A stretch of DNA of 64,000 nucleotides. Origin: Deferribacterales bacterium (GTDB lineage: Bacteria > Chrysiogenota > Deferribacteres > Deferribacterales > Geovibrionaceae). Under the pieces are notes generated by a model. It had not been told where the DNA came from and searched no databases. It was given only the letters and a program-made list of their open reading frames with translations. The stretch is taken from the NCBI GenBank assembly GCA_050251875.1, contig JBFWMA010000005.1, positions 32,001-96,000 of the forward strand, read 5' to 3'. Below, one piece after another: positions 38,258-47,969 of the stretch. The position numbers and the translations under genes are program-made. Each line of letters begins with the position of its first letter. Position 1 is the stretch's first letter.

Positions 38258-40015
38258 TTATCTGCCGCCGGTGCCGAGACCGTTGACCATCTTGTCCAGC
38301 ATCTCGTCTATCACCGTGATAAATCTGGCGCTTGCCTCATATGCTCTCTGGAATCTCATGATGTTGGTGAGTTCCTCATCCAGAGACACGCCCGATATAC
38401 TCTCCAGTTTCAGTTCATATTCATCCACAGCATTCTGCTTGGTGGCGGTATAAACGTCCGCTGTTGACTTGTCCGTGGCTATCGCCGAAACGAAAAGCGC
38501 GTAGAATCCATCCAGAGTGACGCTTGATCCGGAGAACAGGCTTTCTGATTTCAGATCAGCTATGTTGGCGGCGTTAGAGTTGTCGCCCACGGCGCCTGTT
38601 GTGGATGTCGCCAGATAGGATATGTTGTTTTTCACCAGAGCGGATACGTCTATGTCGGAAGCGTTTTTTCCTGTGAAAAAACCGTATGTTCCGGAGGCGA
38701 CCAGAAAGCCTGATGTGTCCTCGGAAAATGTGAATGTGTATCCTGATTCCGATGTAATTTTTATTGTATTGTCTTCCGACAGAGACGCCTGAATAAGCCC
38801 GCCGTTGGGGTTGCCGTCCGCATCGGATATTTTATCTATAATAGATTTAAGACTGTCTGTATCGGGATCAACCTCTATGTCGAGGTTGTCCACGAGGTTT
38901 CCCTCGCTGTCGTATACGGATATACGCATAACTCCGTTGGTTATGGTGGATGTGCCGAATGTTCCTGCGGCGGAGTTCAGTGCGTATGTGGCGTTGGGCA
39001 CGCCGTTGGATGATGTCACCTGTGTGAGCTGTTCGGTACCCTGACCCACGGAGTGCAGCTCGTTTGTGGATGTTATCAGCACTGAAGCCAGCTCGTTCAG
39101 AGAGTCCATATATCCCTGAAGCACGTCATCTCTCAGATCGATATAGGCGCCGATAACGCCGGATTTGAAAGAACTGGTGATATCCACGCCTTCTGTTCTG
39201 GTGTCGGATGTGTTCCAGTAGATGCTGTATGTGTTGTCCTCACCGGAAGTCTGTGCGGCGCTGAGTGTGAACGACTGTCCGTCATCCACCAGCGTATGTC
39301 CGTTGATGAACACTGATATCTGACCGTTCGCGTCCTCGCTGGAGTTGAAGTTGGTGTATTGAGCCAGCTCGTCCAGCAGGTTTTCCCTGTTGTCACGGAG
39401 GTCGTTAGCTGTGATGCCGGTGACCTCGATGGCTGCTATCTCGCCGTTCAGATAGGCGATGTTCTGTGAGATTTCGTTTATTCTGTCGACATATGCGCCG
39501 ACCTGATCGTTGCATGAGCTCTGAAGCTCCTCCAGCTCGCCGTAGCTCGCTCTGAGTTTTTCAGCCAGAATAGCCGCTGTTTCCACAACGGTCTGTTTCT
39601 TGATCTCTGCTTCGTCAGATTCGTCTGTGGCGGTGTTCGCCAGATCGCTCCATGCGTCAAAGTAGTTCGCCATGGCCTCGCCCAGACCGGAACCGTCCTC
39701 CAGCTCGTTGAAATATATCTCAACTGCCTCCAGCTCATCCTGCATTGTGGAATAGTAGTAGAGGTCCGAGCTCTCGGTTCTCAGTGTGGCAGCCAGCAGA
39801 CTGTCATATACCTGTGTAACATCCTCAATGGTAACACCGGTGCCGAACACGCCTTTAGACGTCACCTGAGACAGTGATGTGGAGAGGGCTACCCTCTGGC
39901 GTGTGTATCCTTCTGTGTCTATGTTTGTAATGTTGTTACCGGATACGTTGATCTGCGCCTGAGTGGCGAAAAGACCGGAAACTCCGGTTGATAACATTGT
40001 TAACAGGTTTGACAT
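38258..40015 (-). CDS. flgK: Flagellar hook-associated protein 1 FlgK
   Basis: GNNITNIDTEGYTRQ, NDLRDNRE, SGVSLDEE...FQRAYEASAR. Confidence 0.95.
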   Translation of the reverse strand: MSNLLTMLSTGVSGLFATQAQINVSGNNITNIDTEGYTRQRVALSTSLSQVTSKGVFGTGVTIEDVTQVYDSLLAATLRTESSDLYYYSTMQDELEAVEIYFNELEDGSGLGEAMANYFDAWSDLANTATDESDEAEIKKQTVVETAAILAEKLRASYGELEELQSSCNDQVGAYVDRINEISQNIAYLNGEIAAIEVTGITANDLRDNRENLLDELAQYTNFNSSEDANGQISVFINGHTLVDDGQSFTLSAAQTSGEDNTYSIYWNTSDTRTEGVDITSSFKSGVIGAYIDLRDDVLQGYMDSLNELASVLITSTNELHSVGQGTEQLTQVTSSNGVPNATYALNSAAGTFGTSTITNGVMRISVYDSEGNLVDNLDIEVDPDTDSLKSIIDKISDADGNPNGGLIQASLSEDNTIKITSESGYTFTFSEDTSGFLVASGTYGFFTGKNASDIDVSALVKNNISYLATSTTGAVGDNSNAANIADLKSESLFSGSSVTLDGFYALFVSAIATDKSTADVYTATKQNAVDEYELKLESISGVSLDEELTNIMRFQRAYEASARFITVIDEMLDKMVNGLGTGGR

Positions 40016-40039
40016 GGCTGACTCCTTGTGTCCTTACAC

Positions 40040-40519
40040 TTAACCTGTCTGGCAGATGGTAGAGGTTCTGACAGTTTTGTACGCTTTGTTCATGCTGTAG
40101 GTGTTTCTGCCGCCCACGCCCAGCTTTGTGAAAAGCCCGTTGATGAGAGACATGTTTGACTTGAAGAGGATTTTCAGCGCTGTGTTCAGCGATGTAACCT
40201 CTTTTGTGAGATCCATCAGCTCGTTTCTGAGCGCCATCAGCTCAGTGGAGTATTCCCCCGCCATGTCTCTGGCGATGGTTTCCACACGCAGTCCGTCCAC
40301 TCCGCTGTCTTTTTCAATCCTGCGGATACAGTTGACGAATGCTTCACTGAGAAACTTCTCTTTATATGTGAGAGTATCTTTTGTCTTAGCAAGCTCATTT
40401 GTGAGTTTTGAATCCCATTTGATAGCCGCTTCTTTCTCTTCCTTCAGGATAGAGACCATTTCTGTGTACAGCTTGATCTGGGACTGCATTATTTCGATTA
40501 AAGCGGTGATGTTTTCCAT
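40040..40519 (-). CDS. flgN: Flagellar export chaperone FlgN
   Basis: Helical 159-aa protein between flgM and flgK. Confidence 0.75.
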   Translation of the reverse strand: MENITALIEIMQSQIKLYTEMVSILKEEKEAAIKWDSKLTNELAKTKDTLTYKEKFLSEAFVNCIRRIEKDSGVDGLRVETIARDMAGEYSTELMALRNELMDLTKEVTSLNTALKILFKSNMSLINGLFTKLGVGGRNTYSMNKAYKTVRTSTICQTG

Positions 40520-40639
40520 CTCATACCTCCGTTTGGTACGGTAGTTATGAGATACAGAAGAATTAACGGGTTAGATTAAGTTTTTAGATTGAAAAGTTCA
40601 GCGAGCCGCTAAACACTACGCCCCTATGGGACGATAATG

Positions 40640-40939
40640 TTAGAACAGTCCGTCTATGGCTGTCTGAACTATTTTTTCCGCAATCTGCTGTCCGGACACG
40701 TTGTATTGGCCGTTTTCGATTTTGCTTTTCAGCTCGGCGACCAGATCTGTCCTGACATCAGGTGTGCTCTGAAGGCTGCTTTTCACGCCTGCCAGCTCCT
40801 TAGCGCTATCAGAGAGTGATACGGAATCAGACGCCGATGTGCTTTCGGATGCGGAGGAGCCGGAAGATACTTTTTTCTTCTCTGCTGTATCGTTCAGTTT
40901 GTTTAAGCCAGCTTGAGTGGCTTGTTGCTCAATTCTCAT
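40640..40939 (-). CDS. flgM: Anti-sigma28 factor FlgM
   Basis: DSVSLS, PDVRTDLVAELKSKIENGQYNV...IAEKI. Confidence 0.92.
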   Translation of the reverse strand: MRIEQQATQAGLNKLNDTAEKKKVSSGSSASESTSASDSVSLSDSAKELAGVKSSLQSTPDVRTDLVAELKSKIENGQYNVSGQQIAEKIVQTAIDGLF

Positions 40940-40961
40940 TTCAGCCTCCGGTACCTACTTC

Positions 40962-40988
40962 ATATCGGAATCTTTCTCTAAAACTTTA
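40962..40988 (-). promoter_or_regulatory. Sigma28 (FliA) promoter of flgM
   Basis: Minus strand TAAA-N15-TCCGATAT (TAAAGTTT extended -35). Confidence 0.85.
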
Positions 40989-41054
40989 GCAGTTTTCGCC
41001 TGGTTTATCCAGTAAAAAAAACTTTTTCCCCGTCTACCCTGTACTCATATTCTT

Positions 41055-41456
41055 CTAGTTAATTCCTGTTATATCAGAAGCAACATCCGTGCCATTTATT
41101 TGCTGTCTTAATCTGAGAAAATCGTTAGTTGAGGTAGCTGTTTTTTCCCCTTGAGGGAAATTATTTCCTTCGCTCTGAGAAACGTATTTGCTCATGTTGT
41201 CGTACATCATTTTAGACAGACCCACGCTGCCTGTTTTTGTAAAGTCGGCGGCTATCTGTCCGTGGAGCATCTGGGTGAATATCTGTTCTCCCTGATTTTT
41301 CTTAATAAGCCCGCCGTCCATGGAGGAGACTGTCTCCTGCATCACGTCAAACACTTTGGACAGGAAGAAGGACTCGAAGCCGTCACAGGCTTTTTTCAGT
41401 TTTTCGTTCTTGTCGTGTGTGTAGTTCAGCGAGTTTTCAAGTACGGCGAGATCCAT
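41055..41456 (-). CDS. flgJ: FlgJ-like rod-binding protein without muramidase domain
   Basis: LKKACDGFESFFL...IFTQML...GLSKMMY; directly after flgI. Confidence 0.8.
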   Translation of the reverse strand: MDLAVLENSLNYTHDKNEKLKKACDGFESFFLSKVFDVMQETVSSMDGGLIKKNQGEQIFTQMLHGQIAADFTKTGSVGLSKMMYDNMSKYVSQSEGNNFPQGEKTATSTNDFLRLRQQINGTDVASDITGIN

Positions 41457-42550
41457 TACATCACCTGTAATTCGCCGTGCAGAGCGCCGGCTGATTTTAT
41501 CGCCTGAAGTATCGATATCAGGTCTCTGGGTGTCACGCCTATGGAGTTCAGAGCTTTAACCAAGTCGCTGATGCTCACGCCCTCGGGAACAACCATCAGT
41601 TTGGCGTTCTCTTCGGTTACTGTGACGTTGGTCTGCTGGTTGGTCTGTGTTGTGGTGTCGCCCAGAAAGTTCTGGTCTTTATTAACCTCAACTGTGGAGT
41701 TGATGTTGATAGTCAGGTTTCCGTGTGAAACAGCCACTGTGTTGATGCGGACGTCTGCGCCCATTACTATTGTGCCTGTGCGCTCATCCACAACCACTTT
41801 TGCGAGGTTGCTGGGCTCTATCTGCGCGTTCAGCACTGTATCCAGATAGACATAATAGTCTGATGTCTTGTCTCTGGGGACTATAACCTGCACTGTGGTG
41901 GGTGATGTTATGGAAGCCACGTTAGAGCCTATCAGGCTGTTGATGGCGTTTTTCGCTTTTACTATGTCAGACAGATTGCTCTGTTTGAAGTTAAGAGTGA
42001 TATTTGTCTCGTCCATGTTATAGGGAACTTCTTTCTCCACTATGGCGCCGTTGGGTATCATGCCCACTGTGGGGTGGTTTTTGATGGTTCCGGCTCCGGC
42101 TGCGGCAACGTTCATCCCGCCCACGGAAACAGGTCCCTGACCCACAGCGTATACCTGTCCGTTAGCCGCTGAGAGGGGAGTCATCAGAAGAGTTCCGCCC
42201 TCCAGACTTTTTGAGTCGCCCACGGATGATACCACCACGTCCACTTTAGAGCCGGGACGGGCAAAGGGTGTCAGCTTGGCTGTCACCATAACTGCGGCAA
42301 CGTTTTTCACCTTTACGGCGTTTTTATCCACGGTGATTCCCATTCTCTCCATCATGTTCACCAGAGACTGAACGGTGAAATCCGTACCGCTCTTGTCTCC
42401 AGTGCCGTTCAGACCAACCACCAGACCGTATCCGATCAACTGGTTGTCCCTGATTCCTTCCACGTTGGAGATATCTCTGATTTTAACCAGAGCGAAAGCG
42501 CTCTGAGCTGTTATTAAAAGTATAGCGGCGGTTATAAGCAGTCTTTTCAC
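41456..42550 (-). CDS. flgI: Flagellar P-ring protein
   Basis: RDNQLIGYGLVVGLNGTGD, SLEGGTLLMTPL, LQAIKSAGAL. Confidence 0.97.
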   Translation of the reverse strand: MKRLLITAAILLITAQSAFALVKIRDISNVEGIRDNQLIGYGLVVGLNGTGDKSGTDFTVQSLVNMMERMGITVDKNAVKVKNVAAVMVTAKLTPFARPGSKVDVVVSSVGDSKSLEGGTLLMTPLSAANGQVYAVGQGPVSVGGMNVAAAGAGTIKNHPTVGMIPNGAIVEKEVPYNMDETNITLNFKQSNLSDIVKAKNAINSLIGSNVASITSPTTVQVIVPRDKTSDYYVYLDTVLNAQIEPSNLAKVVVDERTGTIVMGADVRINTVAVSHGNLTININSTVEVNKDQNFLGDTTTQTNQQTNVTVTEENAKLMVVPEGVSISDLVKALNSIGVTPRDLISILQAIKSAGALHGELQVM

Positions 42551-42561
42551 TTTGTTCCCCC

Positions 42562-43278
42562 TTAGAAAGGCATGATCCAGTTAAGCAGTGTGAGAAGCCA
42601 GCCGGGTTTGTTGGCGTCTGTTAGCATGCCGGAACCGCTGTAGGCGATCTTGGCATCGGCTATGGATGTTGAGTTCACTGTGTTGCTGGCGTCTATATCC
42701 TTCTGGCGGACTATGCCGCTGAGTGTGATGGTCTGTTTTTCGTTGTCCACTATGATCTCTCTGTGTCCCTCTATCACCAGGTTTCCGGAGGGGAGAACCT
42801 GTGTCACTCTGGCTGCTATTGTGCCTGTGATGGTGTCGGCTTTAGACTTGGTTCCGCTGCCTGTGAATGAGCTGGATGAGCTCAGGTCGTTGTCCAGACT
42901 GAGCGGGTTGCCTGTGCCCAGAAAGTTGCTCACGCCGAGGTTTGTTCCCATTCCCAGCAGACTGGTGAGAGTGGATGAGTTAGCCGCTGATTTGTTGGTG
43001 TTTGTTGAGTTTGAGTTGGATGCAGTGGTGCTCTCCACGATGTTCACCGTGAGGATGTCGCCGATGTGTCTGCCTTTATAGTCCAGAAACAGACTGCCCT
43101 GCGCTCCTGTCTCGTTCCACAGTGAGGCTGAAGGTTTCTGCTCTTCCTGCATTCTTTTATAGTCTTCGAGTTCCTTGCGATAGCTGTTTGTCAGCGCATC
43201 GTTCTGAAACTCCTGTTTCTTTGCGCATCCTGTGGTGGTTATGATAACTGCCATAAGCAGAAGAACCGCTCTTTTCAT
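42562..43278 (-). CDS. flgH: Flagellar L-ring lipoprotein
   Basis: Lipobox TG-C, GDILTV, VLPSGNLVIEG, SGIVRQKDI, IADAKI, PGWL. Confidence 0.95.
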   Translation of the reverse strand: MKRAVLLLMAVIITTTGCAKKQEFQNDALTNSYRKELEDYKRMQEEQKPSASLWNETGAQGSLFLDYKGRHIGDILTVNIVESTTASNSNSTNTNKSAANSSTLTSLLGMGTNLGVSNFLGTGNPLSLDNDLSSSSSFTGSGTKSKADTITGTIAARVTQVLPSGNLVIEGHREIIVDNEKQTITLSGIVRQKDIDASNTVNSTSIADAKIAYSGSGMLTDANKPGWLLTLLNWIMPF

Positions 43279-43315
43279 AGTTTCTTACCTCGTGATAAGT
43301 CTTTTTATGTTACTT

Positions 43316-43332
43316 ATCAAAAAGTATGCCAG
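43316..43332 (-). promoter_or_regulatory. Possible sigma54 promoter of flgH
   Basis: Minus strand CTGGCATACTTTTTGAT: GG-N10-GA, one mismatch to the -12 GC. Confidence 0.5.
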
Positions 43333-43369
43333 AAATATGGGAAAAATGAGGAGGGTTGACAGTCAAGTG

Positions 43370-44227
43370 TTATCTGATGTTTACGAAGACTCTTCGTCCC
43401 TGTTTGTATTCGCCTCGGATAATTTTGCCGCTTGCGGTGTTTTCCACTCGGACAATTTTTCCTTCATAGGCGTCTTCCTGAAGAACGCCGGACGCGAATA
43501 TTTCCAGACCGTTGGATTTGTATACTATGGTTACGGATGTGTCTTTCATGGCGTCCGGTTTTCTCTCCACCACGGATGTGGTGACGGGTCTGGCGGACGA
43601 GATGTTCTGTCTGGCGACAAAGCCTTGGGGGGATGTGATGGGGTCGCCGTGCACCTTAGACAGGTCGGTGCGGAAGAGAGCCACCTTGTCGGCGATCTCT
43701 TCGCCTTTTTTCACCGGAGCGGTGGTTACATACAGGTCTTTGAAAGCGGTGATGGATACGCTGTAGTTGGATTTTTTGAACCCGTTGTCCAGTGTCACGG
43801 AGATGTTTCCGAACCTCTGAACGGGTATGTCTATGGTGTATTTCTGATCTTCGGCGGTGTAGAACTCTCTGGACATTCTGACAGTGTCCACTTCCACATC
43901 CATCTCGGGATACATCACGGCGAGCTGGTTTTTCAGGTCTTCTTTCAGCCTGTCCTCGGTTATCAGATATCCTCTTCTTTTGAATGTGACTTCGCCGGGC
44001 TGAGCTCCCCTGATGCCGTATTTGTTTATGATATACAGAGACATCTGCCTGTTGATAATTTTTTCCTGTCCATAGTCCAGCCCGCAGAAGATATCGTCAT
44101 TGATGCCGATAGCCGGGAAGATATCTCTCAGGGTTACGCACTCTGAGTCTATCAGCAGTGTGGCGGCATTGGCTGAGAACACCGCTGCGGCGGAAAAAAA
44201 AGCGACAAGCAGAAATCTTTTAAGCAT
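43370..44227 (-). CDS. flgA: Flagellar P-ring formation protein FlgA
   Basis: Signal peptide, SAF-like region, C-terminal G..LQEDAYEGKIVRVENTASGKII. Confidence 0.85.
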   Translation of the reverse strand: MLKRFLLVAFFSAAAVFSANAATLLIDSECVTLRDIFPAIGINDDIFCGLDYGQEKIINRQMSLYIINKYGIRGAQPGEVTFKRRGYLITEDRLKEDLKNQLAVMYPEMDVEVDTVRMSREFYTAEDQKYTIDIPVQRFGNISVTLDNGFKKSNYSVSITAFKDLYVTTAPVKKGEEIADKVALFRTDLSKVHGDPITSPQGFVARQNISSARPVTTSVVERKPDAMKDTSVTIVYKSNGLEIFASGVLQEDAYEGKIVRVENTASGKIIRGEYKQGRRVFVNIR

Positions 44228-44233
44228 TATATA

Positions 44234-45022
44234 TTACCTTTTGAGACTGTTAACCACCTGAAGCATGTCGTCCGCTGTCTGGATGGCTTTTGAGTTGATC
44301 TCATACGCTCTCTGGGCGGTGATCATATTCACCATATCTTCTACCACGCTTACGTTGGACATTTCAAGAACTCCCTGCGCCACGCTGCCGAAGTTCTCCT
44401 CGCCGGGTGTGCCTGTCACGGGGTCTCCGCTGGCTCCTGTGGGCAGATAGAAGTTTTTGCCGACAGATCTCAGACCGGCGGGGTTGATGAATCTCGCCAG
44501 CTCTATCTGACCGATCTCCTGAGCTTCGTTCTGGTTGGGCAGGGTTACGCTGATGGTTCCGTCCTCTCCGAATGTGATAGCTGTGGTGTCGTCCGGCACT
44601 GTAACCGCCGGCTCCAGCAGATATCCGTTTTCATTCACCAGGTTTCCGTTGGAATCGATTTTCAGAGATCCCGCTCTGGTGTAGCCTATCTCGCCGTTGG
44701 GCAGGGTAAACTGAAAATATCCGTCACCTTCTATGGCGATATCCAGATCCACGTCAGTGGACTGAAAACTGCCCTGTGAGTGGACTTTTTCTATAGCGGA
44801 AACTTTTGTACCAAGACCCACCTGAATACCTGTGGGGTGTGTGAGTCCTGCGGCGGAGATAGAACCGGCGGGTTTGATCTCCTGATATATGAGGTCCTGA
44901 AAGAACGCTCTGGACTTTTTAAAGCCCACGTTGTTTACGTTTGCCAGGTTGTTGGATATGGTATCTATGTTTGTCTGCTGAGCTGTCATGCCGGAGGCGG
45001 CTGTCCATAATGTTCTAAACAT
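44234..45022 (-). CDS. flgG: Flagellar basal-body rod protein FlgG
   Basis: LWTAASGM, SNNLAN, DIAIEGDGYF, LEMSNV...MITAQRAYE. Confidence 0.96.
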   Translation of the reverse strand: MFRTLWTAASGMTAQQTNIDTISNNLANVNNVGFKKSRAFFQDLIYQEIKPAGSISAAGLTHPTGIQVGLGTKVSAIEKVHSQGSFQSTDVDLDIAIEGDGYFQFTLPNGEIGYTRAGSLKIDSNGNLVNENGYLLEPAVTVPDDTTAITFGEDGTISVTLPNQNEAQEIGQIELARFINPAGLRSVGKNFYLPTGASGDPVTGTPGEENFGSVAQGVLEMSNVSVVEDMVNMITAQRAYEINSKAIQTADDMLQVVNSLKR

Positions 45023-45033
45023 CTATATACTCC

Positions 45034-45798
45034 TTAACTGAATGAACCGACTGTATTTATCGCCTGATTGTTCATGTCGTCTATAGACTGAACAAGTTTC
45101 TGATATGTTTCAAATTCTCTGTTGGCTTCTACCATCCTCACCATTTCCTGCATGGGGTTGACGTTGCTGCCTTCCAGAAATCCCTGCTCCAGACCGGGAT
45201 ACTGGGAATCCTCAGGAACAGTGTCTATGGCGGCGAAGAGGTTGGAGCCTATCTTCTGAAGATTTTTTGTGTCTTCGAACTGGGCTATGGCAATTCTGCC
45301 TGTCGCCACTCCGTCCACATAAATCTCGCCGGTGTCTGACACATCGAACGTGCCGTCCTGATTAACAGGGATCGGCTGAGCGGTTGTGAGGCTGGACATC
45401 ACTTTGTATCCTTCCTGAGTCGCCAGATCACCGTCTGTGTCCACAGTGAAATCGCCGTTTCTGGTGAATCGTATCCCGAAAGGAGTGTCCACGGCGAAAT
45501 AAGCGTCCGGATTGGTGAGCGTCAGATCCAGATTTCTGCCTGTCTCTTTCATGTAGCCGATGCTGAAATCAGTGGAGATGTCGTCCAGTCTGGTTGTGGC
45601 GTTTATCATCTTGTTGTAGTCGCTGTTTCTGATGATGTCGTCCGGCGATCCGGTGGGGTTCGCCAGATACTGGGAAAAAGTAGCCACATCCCTTTTATAT
45701 CCTTTGGTGTCGATGTTGGCGAGGTTGTTCGCTATGACATCGACCCTCTTCTGCTGCATCATAAGTCCGCTGGTGGCGGTATAGAGTCCGTTCAGCAT
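45034..45798 (-). CDS. flgF: Flagellar basal-body rod protein FlgF
   Basis: GLYTATSG, ANNLAN, TRNGDF, LEGSNVNP; upstream of flgG. Confidence 0.88.
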   Translation of the reverse strand: MLNGLYTATSGLMMQQKRVDVIANNLANIDTKGYKRDVATFSQYLANPTGSPDDIIRNSDYNKMINATTRLDDISTDFSIGYMKETGRNLDLTLTNPDAYFAVDTPFGIRFTRNGDFTVDTDGDLATQEGYKVMSSLTTAQPIPVNQDGTFDVSDTGEIYVDGVATGRIAIAQFEDTKNLQKIGSNLFAAIDTVPEDSQYPGLEQGFLEGSNVNPMQEMVRMVEANREFETYQKLVQSIDDMNNQAINTVGSFS

Positions 45799-45799
45799 G

Positions 45800-46540
45800 T
45801 TATTTTTCCTCCTCGGGAAATTGTTGGGCGAGGTTTTCTTTTTGAGTCAGATACATTTCCTTCGCCTTTGCCATCGCCTTTTGCAGATCGGATGGCTCTC
45901 CGTGAGCCTCGGGCAGTCCTTTTGTCAGTATATAGCTGATGCCTTTCATGGTGAGGGTTCTCACCGGGCGGGCGTCTTTTTCGGAGTAGTACCAGAAATT
46001 TCTGTCGGATGAGCTTTCCACCCGGACAGAGGAGATGAAGACGGGCATGTCCAGCTTATTCATTATAGAGAAGGAGACGCTGGAGAAATTTGTTCCGTGT
46101 CTTCTCTCGAAAGATTCCCTGATATTCATCACGGCGATGTAGTCCGCCTGGTTGATATCGTCCACGGGGATAGCGTATTTGCCCATGGCGAGGAAATTTG
46201 TCAGCTGGCGCTTAAGCTGGGTGTCGAAGTAATATTTTCCGCCGCTGTCTGTGATTCTCGGCGGAACAATATATATAAATCTGCCGGGCTCCAGAGTCTT
46301 GGCGGCGGCGGAGTCATATGCGGTTATTTTTTCCTTTGTTTTGTCTATCAGCAGGGATGATATGTTGGAGTTGATCTCTATAGAAGCCAGCACCAGAAAG
46401 TATCCGGTGTTCAGGTCTATGATGTCTCCCACGGTGTTGTTGACCACTGTGGTGGAATCATCCAGCAGTGTGACCGCCTTGTCCACGCATCCGGTCATCA
46501 GCATCATCGCTATCATCAGAACAGGAAATATTTTCAGCAT
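45800..46540 (-). CDS. Hypothetical lipoprotein, first gene of the flgFGA operon
   Basis: Lipobox MTG-C; AAGGAG RBS; stop 1 nt before the flgF start. Confidence 0.8.
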   Translation of the reverse strand: MLKIFPVLMIAMMLMTGCVDKAVTLLDDSTTVVNNTVGDIIDLNTGYFLVLASIEINSNISSLLIDKTKEKITAYDSAAAKTLEPGRFIYIVPPRITDSGGKYYFDTQLKRQLTNFLAMGKYAIPVDDINQADYIAVMNIRESFERRHGTNFSSVSFSIMNKLDMPVFISSVRVESSSDRNFWYYSEKDARPVRTLTMKGISYILTKGLPEAHGEPSDLQKAMAKAKEMYLTQKENLAQQFPEEEK

Positions 46541-46563
46541 GATTTACTCCTTGAATGTGTAGA

Positions 46564-46579
46564 AGCAATGAATATGCCA
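46564..46579 (-). promoter_or_regulatory. Sigma54 (-24/-12) promoter
   Basis: Minus strand TGGCATATTCATTGCT, exact GG-N10-GC. Confidence 0.8.
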
Positions 46580-46586
46580 TAAAAAC

Positions 46587-46611
46587 ACAGTTGCAAACTG
46601 TTTGCATCTGT
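46587..46611. promoter_or_regulatory. Putative Zur (Fur-family) operator
   Basis: 12-1-12 palindrome ACAGTTGCAAAC-T-GTTTGCATCTGT with one mismatched pair, 14 bp before the regulator ATG. Confidence 0.65.
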
Positions 46612-46625
46612 GATACCAATTTATC

Positions 46626-47045
46626 ATGGAAAAATGTAAAGCGGATAACCTGCTTAAGGTTACAAATACCGTAAAAACTGAGTCCAGGGAGGAGCTGCTG
46701 AGGCTGATACTCGACAGTGAGTCTCCTATGACAGCAAGCGATTTGCATAATATGGTGAAAGATAAGGGGACAGACCTTGCCACCGTATACCGCGCGCTGA
46801 AGGTTTTTACCGAAAAGGGTCTGGTGAGAACGGTTCATGCCGAGGGCTCTCAGGTTTTTTATGAAAAATCCTGCGAGCACAACCCGCCTCATCCCCATTT
46901 TTTCTGCGAATCCTGCGGAAAGCTGGAGTGCATGAAACCCTATGGTTTCGATGAGTCGGCTCTTTTTATGAGGCTGGCGAAGGACAGGGATGTGCGTTCG
47001 GTTGAGCTTGTAATGAAAGGGAGGTGTACGGTATGTACAGGTTAA
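46626..47045 (+). CDS. Fur-family regulator, probably Zur
   Basis: DLATVYRAL helix, HPHFFCESCG, C-terminal CTVC; overlaps a znuA-like gene. Confidence 0.85.
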   Translation: MEKCKADNLLKVTNTVKTESREELLRLILDSESPMTASDLHNMVKDKGTDLATVYRALKVFTEKGLVRTVHAEGSQVFYEKSCEHNPPHPHFFCESCGKLECMKPYGFDESALFMRLAKDRDVRSVELVMKGRCTVCTG

Positions 47046-47956
47046 TTATTTTTTGTTTTGCGGCGCTGTTCGCTCTGCCGGCTTTTGCCCGTGTGAGCGT
47101 AGTGGTGACCCTGACCCCTCAGAAATATGTTGTCTCAAACATTGCTAAGGACAAGGCGGATGTGAGCGTGATGGTTCCCGCCGGTTCCAGTCCCCACACA
47201 TATGAGCCGAAACCGAGACAGATGGCGGAGCTTTCTAAAGCGGATATTTATCTGTCCATCGGCGATCCGTCCGAGCACGCCTGGCTGGACAAGTTCGCCG
47301 ATATGAATAAGAAGATGCTGATAGTTCACACGGACAAAGGCATTAAAAAACTGGATATGGCGGAGCATCACCATCATGACGAAGATGGTGACCACGATGA
47401 GCACGGAGATCATGATGAACACGGCGAGCACGAAGACCACGATGACGATCACGGACACGATCACGAGCACGGGATGAAAGACCCTCATATATGGCTCGAT
47501 CCTATCCTGCTGAGCGTTCAGGCGGACGCCGCAGCTAAGGCTCTGGTGAAGGCTGATCCCGCTAACGCCTCTTTTTACGGGGCTAACCTGAAAAAATTTC
47601 AGGGCGAGATGAAGTCTCTGGATAAAAAAATATCCGCCATGGCTCAGAAGACCAAAAATAAGAAATTTATGGTATTTCACCCGTCATGGGGCTATTTCGC
47701 CGCCAGATACGGATATGAGCAGATTCCCGTAGAGGTGGACGGCAAAGCGCCGAAAGCTCAGGAGCTGGTGGAGCTGATCCATACAGCGAAAGAACATAAT
47801 CTGAAGATAGTATTTGTTCAGCCTCAGTTTTCTAAAAAAGAGGCGGAAACCATAGCCAAAGAGGCGAAAGCGAAGGTTTTTCCCATAGATCCGCTGGCGG
47901 AAAACGTGGGCGATACGCTCATCAGAGCGGCTAAGGCCATTTACGATAATCAGTAA
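47033..47956 (+). CDS. Zinc ABC transporter substrate-binding protein (ZnuA-like)
   Basis: SPHTYEP, long His/Asp/Glu-rich loop, DPHIWLDP, FHPSWGYF, IDPL. Confidence 0.92.
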   Translation: MYRLIIFCFAALFALPAFARVSVVVTLTPQKYVVSNIAKDKADVSVMVPAGSSPHTYEPKPRQMAELSKADIYLSIGDPSEHAWLDKFADMNKKMLIVHTDKGIKKLDMAEHHHHDEDGDHDEHGDHDEHGEHEDHDDDHGHDHEHGMKDPHIWLDPILLSVQADAAAKALVKADPANASFYGANLKKFQGEMKSLDKKISAMAQKTKNKKFMVFHPSWGYFAARYGYEQIPVEVDGKAPKAQELVELIHTAKEHNLKIVFVQPQFSKKEAETIAKEAKAKVFPIDPLAENVGDTLIRAAKAIYDNQ

Positions 47957-47969
47957 ATTAAACTATATT

